DNA of 60,076 nt, filler included, from Sphacelaria rigidula (GCA_964200075.2; 5 parts of 5 records of this genome joined end to end with filler, not necessarily neighbours in it), one strand, 5' to 3'. Shown: positions 36,311-50,547, counted from the whole stretch's first letter. A program made the numbers and translations. The notes: generated by a model from the letters alone, not told the origin.

Positions 36311-39300
36311 TTACAATCCCTCCCGTTTGCGCACCTGCTGCGAACCGGTCAAGGCCAGTCTGTCCACCAGTCCCAGCAACTTCTCCACGTGTTCTTCGGG
36401 TAGATTGTTCTTTTCTCGTGCGACAAGTGCATCGCGGTCCAAGAAGCGCAGAATCTCGTCGAGAGCTCTCATCGCCGCCACGCTCCGTAGCTGTTTCCCA
36501 GCATGCCTGAACCGAGCAGCATCCGTGACTCCGAGAAACTGCCTTCGACGACGGTCACGCGCAAGCTGCCGTCGCTTCTGGAGGAGACGACGCCCCAGGT
36601 TGGTCAACGAACCTCCGAAACGATGGGAAGTTCGCATACCACCGCGATCGCACTTGGTGTTGCCAACTACGCTTGTGAAATCACGAGCACCTTCGTTGTC
36701 ACCGCCGATGCAATTGAAGATGTTAGAAGACCGTTTTGGACTGGCAGATCGAGGACGTCGTCGGCAGGGTGCTGAGGTAAGTCTCCCCTGATGAGGAAAA
36801 TCCCAAGGTAGTCGTAGCCCCGCACGGGCCGCGTCGTACCCCTCCGACCGGAGGCGCCGCCGGAGAACATCAGGCGAAAACAAAGAGCCACGAAACCCGC
36901 TGATCGTCCGGGCGGGCGGTGTCTTATCTAAAATAGTGGCAGGCGTGGCCACTCGTCTCCACCTGATCATGGTCTTCAGGGGTAGTGGTAGTTTATTTTC
37001 TTTACCTGAGGGAGGAGGCAGTGGAAAGGCAGAGAGGACGTCGGACGCTCGTAGACCGAACACCGACCGCGCAGAGGAAAGGCGAGCGGACACATCGGCT
37101 TCGAGTTTATATTTGCTCGGAAAAATAGTCGTCTCTGGCTCGTGCTGTGCGGCATCGTCGGTACTGACGACTCCGTCACCACCGCCAGCACCACCACCAC
37201 GTTCGGTTCTGTTTTTTCGTGAATTTCCGGGTGACGTCAACGTATAAAGAGATGGCGCTCTCGCTCGCAGGGGCACTGGTGGGAAGACGGGCCAACCGTC
37301 GTCATCGTCGTTGCTACCCTGTTTGTCATCATCGATTTGTACGATCGATTCTTGACTGGTTTCGATCGGTGAGGAACTTGGACCTTCACTGCTTCCCCTG
37401 TAGTCCCCCGTGGGCACCTTGGAATCGGCGGAAGTTTGCGTATCGCTTCCTGTCGATTCATCTACAGTCCCCACTAACCGTGGATCTTCAGAATTGGCCG
37501 TAGAATGCGTGGAGGAAGAATCTCCACGGAGGAACTCGTCCACGACCTGCGTCAAGCTTCGAATCGCCGAGTCGAGCCACCAAATGCCATCTTTACCAGC
37601 ACTCATCGGTACGGCTGCGGCTGTTGCTTTCGTCTCCGATTCCGCGCCCGCTTGTATAGTTGCGGCCATTGTCGCTACTGCGCTGGGCTCACCCGACCAT
37701 CCCCGCCATCGACGCACAATAAACGTCTCTATTCTCCTGATGGCTGCCATTTTTTCCTTGTCGGCCGCCACGGCAACGGCGTCAGCGGGCATTGCCTTGT
37801 CCTCGAGGACCGATATCGTTTCCTGATCGCTCTCCGGCGACGTTGTGGCCTCTGGCTCCGAGGAAATATCACCTCTAACGTGTTTTTGTGGTGCTTTTGT
37901 ATCCCCTGTGAAGGGTGGTGATTTTTCCAAAGGTGACGCTGCTGCCTCTGCTGCAGCAACAATCGTGTGGGTTACTGTTCTTCGAGGGAAAGACAGCGGC
38001 GAGGATCCTCGAAACGTCGATGCTTCCACCAAGGCTTCGGAGACCAACTGTTCGCCGGCTTTTGACAGGAATGCAGCGGCGTTTGCTTGGCTAAAAGCTA
38101 CACGTCTCAGCTCATCCGCCAGCTTGACTGCCTGGCTTCCCCTGCGGCAGAGGCGCGTGGTGTGGGTCGGAATAATTTATACAACACAGTTCAGAAGGCG
38201 TTCGGTGGCAGCAACGGCTGAAAAAGTGGAATCTGTACACCGGAAGTCTGTTTCGGCGAACGACGTCCATCGATATCATATACCATTTACCCATCTACCT
38301 TCGAATAGCTTGTGCTCGCGCCGCGGTGATGTCTCCGACGTCCAGACCCTTTCGAAGTTCATGCGCAACAATGGCTGCAAGTTCTTGGGTTCTATCCGGT
38401 TTCCGAACTGTCTCTCGTGTTGCCTCCCCCCCAAGGTCCTCGGATGTTCCCGTCGGTTCACCGTCGGTGTCTGCGACAGCTGCTCTCTCTACTGGCATGG
38501 ACCCTACCCTGCCCTCCCCTTGTTCAGTGCTACTCTCCGCGGCATCCGCGGAGGCGACGAACTGCTGAACCTGTGCGGGTGTACATACGCTTAATGGCGT
38601 GATGATATTCCTGGGTGTTACCGCGCAGTTGTACGTGCAGTAGATGATGCAGGAGAACATGAGCAAATAAACGCTGTTTCTATACACACCGGTGTGCATC
38701 ACATGCGCCAATAATCATGCTTGGCAAATTTTCTTTGTGTCCAACGCCTGAAAGCATTTCTGCACCGGATCTAATCATTGAGTTCCCGAGAGGAAATAGT
38801 GTATCGGCCGCTCTACGGCAGAGATGCACGAAAGCACTTGCTGGTTCCCCGATCAAACCAGGTGCGTTTCCGCGTGTGCCTTATCCTCGTAGCGTAGCAC
38901 GTTGCAGCCATCTCTCATCCGCTGCCACCGTCCATGCTCCATGGACTAGTTGCACTTCGCTTGGAAGTGCTGCTGGAACAGAGGGACTAATCGAGGGTTG
39001 TACACCTGCTCCCCCTCTCTTGCCGTTGTATTATACTTTTAAGCGTACCTCGGATCCGTAGTTGCTTTTTTTCTGGCATCATCGATTGCGATCGTACCTT
39101 GCATGCGAGTTCTCTCTGTGCGAGATTCAGCTGCCGAATGTCCTCGCCGACATTTCTCGCATCAGCAGGTTTCGAGGCCGCCTGATCGATCAGTTGGGGT
39201 CAGCGGCAAGGCCACCAAGTGTTTCAACAGCCAAAATCAATCGTTGAAAACTTATTGGTGGCCGTTGGCCTTTATTGAGAGAGCACAGTGGTGGCGCCAT

Positions 39301-42300
39301 TCAGGTAACGCCTTACACAGTTGACCATTGTACTTCAAGTACCGACAAGCGTTCAGTATTGCACCCATTAAAGACGATGGGTGGACTTCATCTGGCGACT
39401 GGCAGGCAAGCGGAGATTCTTTGCATCCGTGTCAATAGTGTGTTGGTTTTTCGGTTTCATGTGAGAGAGAGCATGTAAAGAGCTTTCCAAACGCTCTTTT
39501 ACCTCCATTTTCTGCGCCGCGTGCTGGTGTTGTGCAGCCACCACTTTCATGCTTTCCGCTAGACGTTCCGCCGCACGGCCTTTTTCAGCCTTCCGCGCGG
39601 CACGAGCTATCGACTTGGCCTCGATCTAACCAGCCGAACAACAGAATACACACACATAGAACCGGCAGCAGAATCAGAGCAGTGAGGAGTACTCTCGCTA
39701 TATGTGGAATCATATGTTGAACGCCATAGCTATCCGTGACAGACGCGTTCTTTGCGTGCGAGATATATTCTTGGAGGTGGAAGTTGAATGGTCGTTAACA
39801 AACACGATGCCACAGCTTTTGTCATTGACGACTCTCATCCTGCACTGGGCATATTCCGCGGTCATGCGGAAAATGTAAGGTCGTACAGTAACGCAGGTCA
39901 TGGTTCACGTCGTGACACTATGGATCTGGAGGAAAAAACAACGAGAGGTTCACCCCACACTGGCTCACCTTCGAGCGTGTCGTCATCTTGAGCACCTCCC
40001 CCATGAGTCCAACAGCTCTAGCCTGCAGTGCCACCGACCTCCCCAGGGTCGTGACTGTCTTTGGTACGTCTCCGAAGTCACAGCAGCCAGTGTTGATTCC
40101 GCTGCCGACTTCTTCCAGAACTTGACAAACGTCATCACCTTGGCGAGACGCCAGTCGACAGAGGCCTGTCGTAAGGGAAGCCGTCGCCGTGTCGATAACA
40201 TTGGAGTCGCCGCTACCTTCTGGATGTTGTGGTATTATCACTCTGCCGAGGATGTTAGGTCGCTTGCTAACAGTACCTAGAGGGTATTGCCGGCTTTCAT
40301 CACGGTTCACGCTGCCTTTACCCCTATCGTGCTTTATTTCCCTGGTAGTGGGTGTAGACGCATCTTGATCAATGCCGATTTTGGAATCGGAGAACTCCGT
40401 CGAAGGCAGTGGGGGTCGTCCCTCCAGAAGAGCTTGCGAAGCTACTTTGCTCTCGGAATCAGCGGTGATTGAGCTGCTGATCGCCTGTCGAAAACTCAAA
40501 GCCGCTTGCTCCTGGCGAGACGTTAACTCCCTGGCCCGCGGAGGCAGCACCGCGGTTCCGAGCGTGCAACCAAACGGTTTGAGCGGGTTTGGCGAGCAAA
40601 GACGGATCGTACACGAGAAGCTAATCCGAGACGGGATTCGTGACCATTGTTTGTACATTGTGATGTATTGAAGACGTGCTCTCGGACACAAGCTTCTGTG
40701 AACGACAGCGTTTGAGTAAGGGCATTTAATGCAACGTGAAATGTGTGTGCGGTGCTTCTCGGCAAAAATCGCTCGTGCTGCCGAAAATTTGATGTATCAC
40801 GCGAACCCGCGGTGCTATCGCAGCGATAAGGTGTGCACGATACTGTACCTCATTCTGGTCTCTTCCCGCCTAGAGGCATCTGTCCCGGGCGCAGTCATGG
40901 TAATTCTGGCCGTCACTTCTGCTTGTGCGGCAACCAAGTTCTTCATGTTTTCAAGCATATCCAGCAAACCCAGTGGTATGGTTGGTGTTGCCTCATGCGG
41001 GGTTTGGTGATCTTGTAGCGAATGTTCCTTCCTCACATCGTCGTCCCGGTGAACATGGTAAGTGCCGTTGGGAGCAGTTTCCAGCTCACCGTTTCGAACC
41101 GTACCTTCCGCAGTTGAGTCGATACAGCTGCGGCAAACGTGCACTGCACCATCTTTCCACTGGTGTTGTTCATTACTTGAAGAATCAACCGCTTCTGAGG
41201 TCATCTCCTGCCCAGCATTATCTTGAGGTACGCACGAAACATCTCCGGCATCCAGTATCTCCTCCACCTCAAAGTTTTTCTCTTCTCCGAACTGCTGTCG
41301 CTCCGGAAACGCATCGTTCGAATCCATCTGGTACCAATATTCCTCGTCGCCATCCCAAACCTCAACTTCCGCGCACAGTTTAGGCTTGCCAGGCTCTGGA
41401 GAAGGTGTGCGGGGAGTTGGCAACGCGTGGTCATCCACGTGATGATGCGAAAACTGTTGCAACATGGCGCCTTCGTCTGTAGGTGCTGCACCTGGCTGGG
41501 ACATGAGGCTTGTTGTTTCAGGCCAAGCATCGTTCCCGCCGCTGCCGCCAGCAGTTACGCCTGTTGCTCCCTCCACCGACGCAACATGCTCTACTGGTGT
41601 ACCACTGACATTTGTGTGCGTCCTCGAACTCTCTGATGGGCTTGATACGAATACTTTCGGTCGCCTGTTATTTTCGATTTTTGATGATGATGTCGAAGCA
41701 GAGTCTTTGCTTCTTGATGCCTCGGATGAAAAGCTGGTCTTGCTATCTCTGGCGTGTTTACGTTGCACCAAATCATGAACATCCTGCTCCCTCCTCCCAA
41801 CGCTCTCAAGTCTTACGCGGTCGACGACTTCAACGTTTTCTTTGATGGCACTACTTCCTTGGCTTCCTCGACTGCTTTGATTTATCTCGCTCGAAGAACT
41901 CCAGGTCATTTCTCCTTTGTCGCTGTGGCCATCGTCGGACATGGACGAGGCTGAAACTGTTTTTTGGCTTGACGGTGGAGAGGGCACCTTTTCCCTGGAC
42001 GTATCGCAGTCACCACTGTGCTTGCTAGACCCCTCCGATGGCTGGTACACTCGTTTTTCGGGGGTATCGTAGACATCTTTACACTCGCTTGACCGCTCCG
42101 ACCGTCGAGGGTCCACTCCTGCAAGGTCGTCATCTTCATTTCCAGCGATTGGAGAGGCTAGCTGAGCCGTAGTAAGTTGTAGGTGACTAGCCTTGCTATC
42201 CCCGGCGTGTTTCCCACTCACATGACGAACAACGCCTTGCCCCGTCCTCCGAACGCTCTCAAAGCTGTTACGCTCGCCTGAAGCGTCAGTACTACCTCGA

Positions 42301-45300
42301 CTGCTTCGACTGCTTCGACTGCGTTGACTCGTTTCCTGTGATGAACGAGAGGTCATCTCTCCTTCCTCGTTGTGGCCATCATCGGACATGGACGAGGCTG
42401 AAGCTGTTTCCTGGCTTGACGGTGGAGAGAGCACCTTTTCCCTGGACGTATCGCAGTCACCACTGTGACTGTTAGACCTCTCCGATGGCTGGGACACTCG
42501 TTTTTTGGGGGTGTTGTGGTCACCTCTGCACTCGCTTGACCGCTCCGATTGTTGAGGGTCCACTCCTGCAAGGTTGTCATCTTCATTTCCAACGGTCGGA
42601 GAGGCTAGCGAAGCCGTAGTAAGTTGTAGGTGACTAGCCTTGCTATCTCCGGCGTGTTCCCCATTCGCGTGGCGAAAAACGCCTTTCCCCGTCCTCCCAG
42701 CGCTATCAAAGCTTTTACGCTCGCCTGAAGCGTCAGTACTGCTTCGACTGCTTCGACTGCTTCGACTGCTTCGACTGCTTCGACTGCGTTGACTCGTTTC
42801 TTGTGATGGACGCTGGGCCATCTCTCCTTTGTTGCTACGGCTATCATCCGACACAGAAGAGGCTAGAGCTATTTCCTGGCTTGACGGTGGAGAGGGCACC
42901 TGTTTTCTGGGCGTCTCGTAGTCATCGCTGTGGTCGCTAGACCCCTCCGGTGGCGGGAGCACTTGTTTCTTGGGGGTATCGTGGTCACCGCTGTACCCTC
43001 GGAACCTCTCCGATTGTTGAGTGTCCACTTCTTCGAGGTTGCGTTCTTCATGTTCTATGATTGATGAAGTTTGCGAAGCTGATGAACCCGAAGCCAGTTG
43101 TTGATGGCGGTGTTGTAGTACCGGATTTTCACTGGAGGTTTGTTGACGGGCGCCAAGGTTACTTGTCGCGGCTGCACCCCGAGAGACTACCTCGTTCTCA
43201 TCGTATTTTGCGGTTGTGGATAGTTCGTATTTTTTCCGCTCCCACGCCATCCTTGCAGCGCGGCGCCGCACAATGGTCTGAATTGCTGTCGCTGCTCGTC
43301 GTCGGGTCTCTTGTTCCTCACGGTGCTTGGTTTCGAGTCTTGCGAAGTGCACTTTGTGTCGCCACCTCGCTGTGATGCCCCTGGCGCGCGATTGAAGTAC
43401 TACGGCTGCCATATGTTGGCGCCTTGAGAGCATCCCTTGTTCCAGACGTCTGTGAACCGCCGCGACGGGATCGACGTAAGTTCCAGATTCTTCCGTGGTC
43501 ACGTTTGAATTTGAGCCAGCGTCTACTGATGAAGGTACCAGGGGCGTTTCGACGGTCGATCCCGCTTTTCTTCCACTTTCATCAAGATTACCTTCGAGCT
43601 TTGAGATAGAGGTATGTGCAGCATGTTCTGCGGGAAGTGAATCTGCCGCCTCGTTCGCCTCGCCTCTTCGTCCTACTTGTGTGTTAAAGTCGTGCTTTAT
43701 TGAAGCCGGCGTTTGCGAGACTAATTCCGACTTCTTCATGGGGATGGATTGCTGCAACTTTAGACAGGGTTCAGGAATTACTGGCGATAGATCCAACGTG
43801 CCCGCATCATTCGTAAGTCCACCGGAGGCATGTTTTTGCGGCGTCAGACTCGTGTCGACACAACCCCGAACCACTTCCCGCAAGCTGGGCTGACTTAGTG
43901 ACTCCGCCCTTTGTAATTCTTCTTTGCGAAGCGTCAACACCTCATGATGATTTTCGACGGTGTGCATCGTCTCCCCGCGGACCAGTTTGTTTTTTGCCTG
44001 ATTGCTGCCCTTCGCTTCTCGTGGTGGGGTTAACTCATGCCTTTCACTGGTGTTGTCATGTTCATCGTCCCACGGCGGTGCTAGCAGGCCTTCAACACCA
44101 TTCGCGGGCGATTCTTGCAGGGGAGAGCGCCCGGGTATATTTATCGTTACTCCTGTCTGCACCACGCCAGGATTTTCCGTAACTTGGCTGCTGTTGCTAC
44201 CGCGCATTTTGTTGCCGGTTGGGGAGTTGTGCTTCATGTTTCCAGCGTCCTCGCCATGTTGCTGTGATATAGGAGTCGGAGTCGTTCCGCCGAAAGGGGA
44301 GACAGCATCGCTGGCTAGGGCATTCGCCATCGTGTTCGAGTCTCTCCCAAGCACAAAGCTTTCGTTGTCTTGAGATTCCACGTAAGGACCCAAGTCTGTC
44401 CCGGTTTTCAGAGTAGAAGAGTTACCGGTGACATATTGCGCCAAAGAGTCAAGGCCTCCGCCAAAAGTGGATAAAGTCGAACTAGAATCAGCGCGATTTA
44501 GCCGTGCTTCAACGTCAGATTGAGCATCGCCATACTCGCCGCTCTGCTCATTGCCTGGTCTTCGGAGAGGCAGCTCCATAATATTGATCGTTCCGGCGTC
44601 CCCCTTGGCTTTGAGGTCGACGGGTATTTCCAGTAACGCAAGATTTTCTACATCTGTCCCCTGCACTCTAAGGTGCGCGTCACTTTGTCCAGAAAGCGCT
44701 TGCCCATTTTCGCCACTTTGACGTGGATGCCATGTGCTCACTCTGTTGTCACCAGTGTGAGTATGGCCGTCTGGTTTCCGTCTGTGCGGAGTCACGCCGT
44801 CCGCTTGCACGCCTTCAGCAATACCCACTATCATGTGGCCATTTTCTCGGTCAATTTTTACCGCCGAGAATGCATCATGCCCACCACCGCCTGTACTCGG
44901 CGAGCGCCAAGCGGTGAACGCAGTTCCTGGGGAATCGATGAAAAACTCCTTCTTCTCTTCTCCACCGTATGGGTGACCTTTGTCCGAAGAACCCGATCTT
45001 CCTGGGTCAACCTGCTGTTGTTCTGGTACAGTCGATGAGTCGCCGACATGTGCTACACTCAACCCGCCACTGGCTTCAGGAGAGACCTCGAGGACAGGGT
45101 TCCTATTTTCGTTCGCAAGGACTTCGAGGGTGTAAGAAAATGGTTTTCCATCACCAACCAGTTCGCTGGTATCTGGGCTGGTATCTGCTCGCACATCCTC
45201 GCCTTCGGACTTTAACTTCGCCGCTGTTTCGGTATATTTCTTCGTTAGCTCAACTGCCCTGTCTGAAGATTGTGCGGTGTTGTCCCGACCATCGATCGGT

Positions 45301-46510
45301 TCGACATTTTCAATCTGTGAGGCTGTGCGCGTGTATAGATCTGGCGGCTCGTCCCATTGGGATACTCCTGTTGACTGATCTACGTAGTACGTAAATCCGC
45401 TTTCGTCATCTACTACGGCGACCCATGCCTTTTCCCCTCGGACTGAGGTGGATGTCGTTTGCGCCATAACATTTTTTGGTGACTTGATTTGCTGATTGTG
45501 CAAGCTCGTTAGCGAAAGGGATCGAATGTCGCCGCTAGGAGTAGTGTCTGCCGTATATTCTGCCGGCTTTGTCCATCGCGATTCGTTGGTGGAGGTGTTG
45601 ACATAGTACGTACACCCGTTCTGCAAATCTGTTTCCGCTTTCCAACTGCCTCCGGCCTCGTGTAGTGCCCCTGATGACAATTCAAGGGATGAACGTGCGA
45701 CACATATTTTCACCACGGACGGGAATGCGCATAATGTCGGATAGTAGGCAATCACCACATTGTGGTGCTTCGTTTCAGTGCTCAGAAGTGTACTTGCAAT
45801 GCTGCCACGAGCCAGGCGTCAACTTCTTTCGGTAGGGTATTTTTTTGACGCCTCATAATGAGATGTACACGACCTCGGGTGACGAGTTTTCGGAGATGAG
45901 TTCGTCGCACCGTTCCATGCTTTGGGGTTGTCCACTTGTATACAAGGTATCGGGATGTTGTTTTGAGGGCATAGCCGGTGCGGATGAGGCATCAATACCC
46001 TGTATTCATATCAACAATTCAACCGAAGTATAGGAAGTTGGACTTTGTAATGGACGCCTCGAGGTGTACCTCTGGCTGCACCAGTACGTGTACAGGTATC
46101 ATCAACAAAGCGGTGGTGGGCAGAGGGGTTTGTGGCGCATACAGTATTGCAACAATCCAAAGTTTGTCCGTGCTGTGAAGATGTGCATCAGGAGGTATTG
46201 ATACAATGTGCGCATTGGACAGCATCACGACAACATCCTCATACATTGCACATACGTTGACAGCTATACGAACGCATGGGATGTTGTAATATGTCCCTTA
46301 AGGTACTTCTTCAGGCGCCAGGGGTATACGAACCGTACCTACATACGGTGAAGGTGATGGTGCGGCGACAGTACGTTGAGTTTCTGGTTCTCGGTTGACA
46401 TTGGAGGTGACAAGCTGATCGTACGGAACTCCTTGTAGAGAAGGCAGCACAGGCGGCGATATATCGTATGAGGAGGAGCTAGACTCAGCCTCTTCGCCAG
46501 AGTCATTCAT
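36311..46510 (-). CDS. Large (~2,650 aa) WW-domain and IQ-motif protein, mostly disordered, with C-terminal coiled-coil-like segments
   Basis: Phase-consistent exons: 46510-46339, 45670-40849, 40695-39969 (possible in-frame intron 40644-40531), 39625-39503, 39181-39098, 38570-38299, 38141-36335 (or read-through to the stop at 36311). WW domains WKAETDLQNGCTYYVNTSTNESRWTKP and WVAVVDDESGFTYYVDQSTGVSQWDEPP. IQ motifs AAVVLQSRARGITAR and AATAIQTIVRRRAAR. Confidence 0.85.
41800..43050 (-). repeat. Coding tandem repeat, ~3 units of 447-465 bp, with a nested (GACTGCTTC)n 9-mer
   Basis: The anchor GTCCACT occurs at 42111, 42558 and 43023 (periods 447 and 465 = 447 + 2x9); the reading frame is preserved. 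Confidence 0.93.
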
Positions 46511-47810
46511 GGACCATCTGTTTCACGACAGCTCTGCGAGGTTCTTTATGGCATCTCGTTTAAGCGCGGCAAGATCTCATCTGCTATGTATCCAAGAGAA
46601 AAGGAGGCGTGTTTCCTGGTGCTCGGCTTCGGCCATGTTTTACTTTCACCACTCGCGTGCCTAAACCTTCACCCTTCACACGCAAAGGCTATGCGACGAA
46701 GATGTGAAACCTGATAAGCCACTCGTCGCATTGAACCGATTCAGTGCCTTCCATATTTTCATCATAAATGAGCTATGCGAGTTGCGCCCGCACCAAATAT
46801 CCTCGTTGTTATCGTACGAGCAGAACAACACTGATAAACAAAACCTCGTCGGCATATTTTAATGTTCCGAAATCTTGCGGCATATCCCGTCGGACTATCA
46901 ATTGTATTCCTGTAGCGGCAAATGTTTTCACAGCACCGTGCTGGTAGCATCACCAATCACAGAATCCATTTCTCCTGTGAGAGCTTCCTTCTGCAAATGT
47001 CGCTGGCGAAAGGCAGACAGGTAGCCGTGGCGTAGCTGTTACCCGTTGTTCAAACGTGCTGTACGGCATTGAGCAGTAGTTGCCACGTTATAAGCTCGCT
47101 TTACGGCTCACCAAAGCGGGATGACAGGAACAGGTGTCATCTTCCTTTGCGGTGCGCTCATCCCAATCAAAGCAGGAATATGACAGGAGGCTTCCGCCGT
47201 CTTCCTTTGATCCCAGCCAAGTCACGCCATTTTCGCTCGGCGCTTTTACAATAATTTCAGCAGGCCGGGCACCAGCTTTCGTGCATAATTGGATAGTGTA
47301 TTATTGAGGCGTCGCCCAACGTTATGGACAAGCAACCATCGTGCTGTGGGTATATTTCATGCCAAAAACCAACGCTGTGTATCGGGTGGCCATCGGGAGC
47401 TTGGCTCTTTACAACTGGCGTCAAACGGATACGACGAAGAACAACCAAGCTGTGCTGCGCACTGGTGATCTGCAAACCATCAACACGAATCATCATGGGA
47501 CGGTACAAGCGTCTGAGAGTGAATGGTAGTTAGTGCCGTCGTCTGGGTGTCAGTCAGGTGCCCACAAATAGACCGAATGCGTGTACTGTACAAGTAAAAA
47601 AATGTGAAATCTAACCTATTTGTTCGAGCACTTTCACTGAAGCCGGGACTCGTGAAGAAATGTTTTCGCGATATTGAGAGTGTGCAGCTCGTGGTAGAAA
47701 GCCAGTTTTGAAGAGGAACGTGCTGTTCTATCCGTTCGTGCAAACCCTTATACGACGAGAGTACGTCACCTGTTGAATCAGCATCAACTTCACTTGAAAA
47801 AGGTGAGCGT

Positions 47811-48042
47811 GCACACGCGGCCATTTGGCTACACCCTAAAATGCCTCCAGAGGGATGCGCGGCCCTCCAGGGGGAAAACAAGCTTTCGGAGGCCTTCCAT
47901 CCCTCGAGAGGAGACCAAATTCTACCGACCCGGAGGGCCGCGCACCCCTCCGGAGGAATTTGGGGGTATGCGCGGCCCTCCGCAGGCAAGAATAAGCCTC
48001 CGGAGGCATTCAACCCCTCTGGAGAGAACCAAAAAATCTCCT
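47811..48042. repeat. End of an interspersed element with internal inverted sub-repeats, cut by the contig end
   Basis: GCACACGCGGCCATTTGGCTACACCCTAAAATGC (47811-47844) is near reverse-complementary to 35224-35257. It is followed by repeated ATGCGCGGCCCTCC / GGAGGGCCGCGCA and CGGAGGC.TTC.A.CCCT motifs. Confidence 0.7.
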
Positions 48043-48142
48043 NNNNNNNNNNNNNNNNNNNNNNNNNNNNNNNNNNNNNNNNNNNNTTAATTAATTAANN
48101 NNNNNNNNNNNNNNNNNNNNNNNNNNNNNNNNNNNNNNNNNN
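48043..48142. other. Artificial contig spacer
   Basis: Same structure, 11935 bp after the previous spacer. Confidence 0.97.
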
Positions 48143-48283
48143 CTCCCCACTGCAGGAACATAAACGTGAACAATTGCGCTTGAGAAAAACGTATTCGCCC
48201 TTCCACAACCCCCCCCTCCCCCCCCCCCTTCCTCCTTCCACGTCCCAGCACAGTCATACCCACAATCGCCATGCAATCCGCAC

Positions 48284-50498
48284 CTTCTGAAGGAGCTCGA
48301 TGAACTCGATCAGGCTATCAGCGCCGGTTCGCTCGTAATGGGCCCGTCGATTCCGACACGCCAATAGAAATGGAATCGTACTGAGCACCTCGACGGTAAC
48401 GTCGGCTGATCCTGGAGACGCCAAAGACTGGTGACCAGGCCCAGAGAGCGCCTAATGAATGTTATCCCGAGGAGGAGAGGGTCATGGAGCAGGCGGGCGG
48501 GCGAACGGGAGCGGGGCGCGCAGGACAGGCAGGGTTGAAAAGCTGAAACATCGTGAGCAGTAAAAAATGTGGAAGCCGGTACAGCAGCGCTTTTTGAGTG
48601 CGCATGCGAATAGCAGCTGGGTATCGTGATATAGTCGATCCATGCATCCATTGCTTGCTTGCTGGATTGTCGCGTGTACAGAAGTGATCCGCTGTGAATC
48701 CAGCCGTGGGCACCAGAAACACGCTGGTTATCATATAGTGCATCGGAGTATCTTTCAGTCTACAATAATCACAGCTTCTTCCCGGCAAAACTGAAACGGA
48801 ACATTCCACATGGCGAGGACGAAGGAGTGGTACGATACCCGGATGGGAGAGGGGGGGAAGTACTCGGTGAAAATCGCGGTAACAGCTCGCCATGTCGCTC
48901 CGCAGGCAACAAATCACGAAAGGGAACACATATAAATACACACGCAAATACACAAACACACAGACACACGCACGCACGCACACTAGAAAGTGCGTACAGT
49001 CTGTGTGCGACAGGAAGCGCACGAGTCCCTCGCAGGTTTCCCCGTCACCGTGTGTCCAAAACATACAATATTGCGAGGAATGTGCTACCATCTACTGCAC
49101 TACTGTTGCGCCGGTCATCCTCGTGTACAGACAACCTACAGAAGCAAAATCAACCGTTTTCCACCCTGCATCTTCATCTGCTCGACTGTACATGGTTAGT
49201 CGCCACACGAAACAAAAGGCAAGCAAAACACAAGCACCAAGTGCCTTCACCACTCCTCGGTCCGCCCAACAAAGCACTCGGGGGGGGGGGGGGGAAGAGG
49301 GGGGTGTACTTATTTGCTGCTTGCTTTCATCATTCGATCACTGACAACGAATTCCTTTCAAGACGGGGCACCGCCCCTACTCCTTATAGACACCTCCAAC
49401 ATTTAGGAGCTCATTACGTTTCTTGCATACACCACACGAAAACATTTTACATATCTCAATCCCTTCCTGATTCGTCGTCTGTGGCCACCATCTATCTCCC
49501 AGCATATGGCCATCGTTCTCTCGCTACTGTCAGGGATGCGAATCGCTCACAAAACAAGCAGGAAATATTCCTCAAAAGGTGTCCCGGCTCTTGCTGATGG
49601 ACATATCAAGCTAGCTAGTCAGAAACAAAGGATCCGCCCAGTCGGTTCCAAGAGAGTCCCAGTAGGCCTTCTGGGCACATCACACACTCTGCTCAGTTGC
49701 ATTGCTCACGGCCGTACCGTCTGTACATCATGATTCATTCTACAAGTCAAAATTATCCAGATGCAAATGACCCACCCTGGGGGTGACTACAGACAGATCC
49801 GAACCAAGACAAGCAAGTGCAATGATAGTAGTACAAGGCAGTACAGAAGCTGCATGGTACGGTGCAGTGTTGTCTCATCTCCGCCCCCGTTGGGTTCCTT
49901 CCAAGGGTCAGACGAATGAGCCCTTTAGGGACCCTTTTCCCCCACAATCGTGTGTTAGTGGCGGGTAGCTGTCCATTTGTGCTGTTTTCAAGTAAAAAAC
50001 AATGCACACCTTGGACAATATACGGTCAATAGATGCAATAGACAAGAAACGTACTGCATAAAGTATAGGCCTTTGGAAACTATTGTCGGCCGGCAATAGT
50101 TGCAATAGATCTATACTTTATGCAGTACACTTCTCGTCTATTGCATCTATTGACCGTATATCGTCCAGGGTGTGAAATAATACCAATTCGCACATTTTTG
50201 TGACTTGGCATCGCTTTGAATTGAAAACAATACAACTGGACCCCTGCTACCAACACACGATTGTGGGGGGAAAGGGGGCAAAAGGGGGGGAAAGGGGGGA
50301 AAAGTGCAACAAACATACCATTGTGGGGAGTCCGGTCCCGAAAGGGTTCACGATTCGTCTGGGAAATTACTTCATGTTAGTGAGATTGATTCGTACCGTA
50401 CGAATCAATCCTTGGACTTTGTTTTAAGCGTTGCACCCAGGCCACGCGCACCCCAGGTACGTGGAATGGCGCAAAAATTGCGCGGAGGTTTTTTTCAC

Positions 50499-50547
<49 letters not shown>

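Noticed and set aside
48462..49597. 209-aa and 256-aa ORFs
   Set aside because: They are low-complexity (CA/GT-rich) intronic sequence with no protein-like features.
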